A program made the translations under genes and the position numbers. This document shows, one piece after another, positions 61,601 through 64,000 of a stretch of DNA of 64,000 nt. Position 1 is the first letter of the stretch, and each line of letters opens with the position of its first letter. A model generated the notes under the pieces. It was not told where the DNA came from. It did no database searches and saw only the letters and a list, made by a program, of their open reading frames with translations. This stretch comes from Mobula birostris. Taxonomy: Eukaryota. The stretch covers positions 18,187,820 through 18,251,819 of the forward strand of contig NC_092396.1 in assembly GCF_030028105.1 (NCBI RefSeq), in the 5' to 3' direction.

Positions 61601-61834
61601 ATTGTGGTCCAGACTTGTGTCTTGTGGATGTAGACAGGTGAAGGTGCATCAGGAGAAAAAGGTGGATAGCTCCAGGCTCCAAGCCCTGGAGTGAATTAAA
61701 TCAGCTGAAGCACAGCCTCTGTACTGGTGGGGATCTCAGCAGGATGCCAAGATGGGTCATCAGTCCAACAGATTTGTCCAAAAAATGAATCTTCAGTCTT
61801 GTCTTCAGCATGGAAATCCAGGGATTTGAGTGTT

Positions 61835-62390
61835 AGTGTGTGTGTGTGAGAGAGCAGTGAGTGTGTGGGAGTGCTGAGTGTATCAGTGAGTTGTGTGTGT
61901 CAGTGACACTGTGACTGTGGTCACTGAGTGTGTGAGTGGTCAGTGAGTGTGTGTGTGTGGTGAGTGAGTGTGTCAGTGAGTGTGAGAGGATTGAGTGTGT
62001 CAGTAAGTGTGGTGTATGTATCAGTGAGTGTGTGAGTGTGGTGAGTGTGTCAGTGACACTGTGAGTGTGGTCAGTGAGTGTTGTGAGTGTGTCAGTGTGT
62101 CAATGAGTGTGTGAGTGTGGTGAGTGTGTCAGTGACCGTGTGAGAGTATTGGGTGTGTCAGTGAGTGTGGTGAGTGTGTCAGTGACTGTGTGAGTGAGTG
62201 TGGTGAGTGTGCCAATGAGTGTGGTGAATGCGTCAGTGAGTGTTGTGAGTGCAGTGAGAATGTCAATGAGTGTAGTCAGTGTGCCAATGAGTGTGTGAGG
62301 GTGTCAGTGAGTGTGATGAATGCATCAGTGAGTGTGGTATGTCAGTGAGTGTGTCAGTAAGTGTGTGAGTGTGTCAGTGAGTGTGGTGAG
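61835..62390. repeat. Degenerate (GTGAGTGT/CAGTGAGT)n simple repeat
   Basis: Seen directly. Confidence 0.9.
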
Positions 62391-63519
62391 GTGATAGCTG
62401 GTGTGGAGTATTTTCCTGAACAGTGGATTAGAGACCCCAGTCACACAGCTGTGCATTGTTGATGTGACACAAAGGAGCTGACTCGGGAATATCACACAGG
62501 AGTACACTGTGCTGGCAATGTTCCGAAAGACACACAACTTGGGGCGCGGATTCTCACTGAAATGTATGTCTTTTGACAGACTGCATTTGGACAAAATCTT
62601 ACAGCAGTGTATCTGTGCTCCCATGGTTCTGGTAATGGTGTCTGAGATCAGATAACTCACTGGGGTCAAGGCCGCGGCTGTGCTCCACATACTTCAAACA
62701 GAGGGTGAGTACGTCATCTTCTCCCGTTTCATTTCCAGCCCTGGGTCTGGCCTGGACTAATTGACAAGATGATCAATTGTTATGATCAGGTCACAGTGAA
62801 GGTGCAGCAGTTCCTTCACCAGTCACCAGACTTGTAACCCAGAGTTCAAATTCCACAACAGCACCACATGGAGTTTTAGCAGTTTGAGGAGATTTGGTTT
62901 GTCAACTAAAACTTCTACAGCTGTACCGTGGAGAGCATTCTGACTGGCTGCATCACTGTCTAGCATGTAAATTGGGAGGGGAATAATGGGGGAGCTACTG
63001 CACAAGATCGAAATAAGTTGCAGAAACTTGTAAAATTAGCCAGGTCCATCACAGATAACGGTCTCTGTGGTGCCCAAGACATCTTCAAGGAGCAATGCCT
63101 CAGGAAGGTGGTGTCCATCATTAAGGACTCCCACCACCCACCACCCAGGACATGCCCTCTTCTCGTCATTACTGTCAGGAAGGAGGTAGAAAGAGCGCTT
63201 TATGAGGTCATTCTCACCTTCGGCCATTAGGCTCTATAATGAGTCAACCTATAGGCAGGGAAGACTGTTTGAGGCAACTTATGTTTTATTCTTTCTTACT
63301 TCTCTTCTAATATTTGTAGATCTGTGCACTTGTAATGCTACTGTGACACTGTAATTTCCTTTGGGATCAATAAAGTATCTATCTATTTATCTATAGAGAC
63401 CTGAAGGCACACACTCAGCAATTCACAATCAGCTTCTTCCCCTCTGCCATCCTCTGAATGGACATTGAACCCATGAACACCACCTCACTACATTCTATTT
63501 CTGTTTTTTGCACTACTTC

Positions 63520-63725
63520 CATTTCCTCGATGAGTAGCCACCTGTCTATGCTTTTGATGTACATAAGTCGAGGTCTTCCTCTAGGTTTGCTCTCCTCGAT
63601 CTTTCCAGAGAGTATGAGTTTTTCTAGTTCATCTTTCCACATGATGTGTCCTAGGAATCTGAGTTGTCTTTCTCTTATTGTTGGTATGAGTGATCTAAAA
63701 GCCAGGGCTGTTCTGAGAACTTCTT
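63520..63725 (-). mobile_element. RTE-type LINE C-terminal fragment
   Basis: LEKLILSGKIEESKPRGRPRLMYI. Confidence 0.6.
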
Positions 63726-64000
63726 CATTTTATTATAATAATTTATAATTTATAATAAATAGGTATGTACAACAGTCAATATAACATAGAAATACAGTTA
63801 TGTCAGTGTGAATTAATCAGTCTGATGGCCTGGTGGAAGAAACTGTCCCGGAGCCTGTTGGCCCTGGCTTTTATGCTGCGGTACCGTTTCCCTAATGGTA
63901 GCAACTGGAACAATTTGTGGTTGGGGTGACTCGGGTCTCCAATGATCCTGCAGGCCCTTTTTACACACCTGTCTTTGTAAATGTCCTGAAGAGTGGGAAG

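Noticed and set aside
62580-62704. Possible exon (tttgacag ... GAGG|GTGAGT)
   Set aside because: Stops in all three plus frames and no partner exons seen; could be non-coding but is unsupported.

Overview
Vertebrate nuclear DNA, most likely a cartilaginous fish (inferred from the elasmobranch-type urotensin II peptide and the HE1/V-SINE, CR1 and Penelope repeats). Four spliced genes can be reconstructed by hand with GT-AG junctions. (1) A 4-exon prepro-urotensin II gene (+, 8836-17086, 131 aa, mature NNFSDCFWKYCV). (2) A convergent 8-exon immunoproteasome beta2i gene, PSMB10-like (-, 39863-18238, 278 aa), with IRF/ISRE motifs. (3, 4) Two head-to-head HES5-like bHLH genes (A, -, 48638-44361; B, +, 56878-58164). 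Their promoters and exons 1-2 form a near-identical ~780-bp inverted repeat, while their exon 3s are clearly diverged. The two HES copies carry complementary lesions: A lacks 2 aa in helix 1, and B has its Orange domain read in another frame between compensating frameshifts. Most of the rest is transposon-derived: CR1, L1 (including a twin-primed 5'-inverted copy with TSD), Penelope-like elements with minimal hammerhead ribozymes and fold-back palindromes, SINEs, Tc1, and several minisatellites. No CRISPR array, rRNA or intact tRNA gene was found. Repeat boundaries are approximate and all motif calls are by eye.
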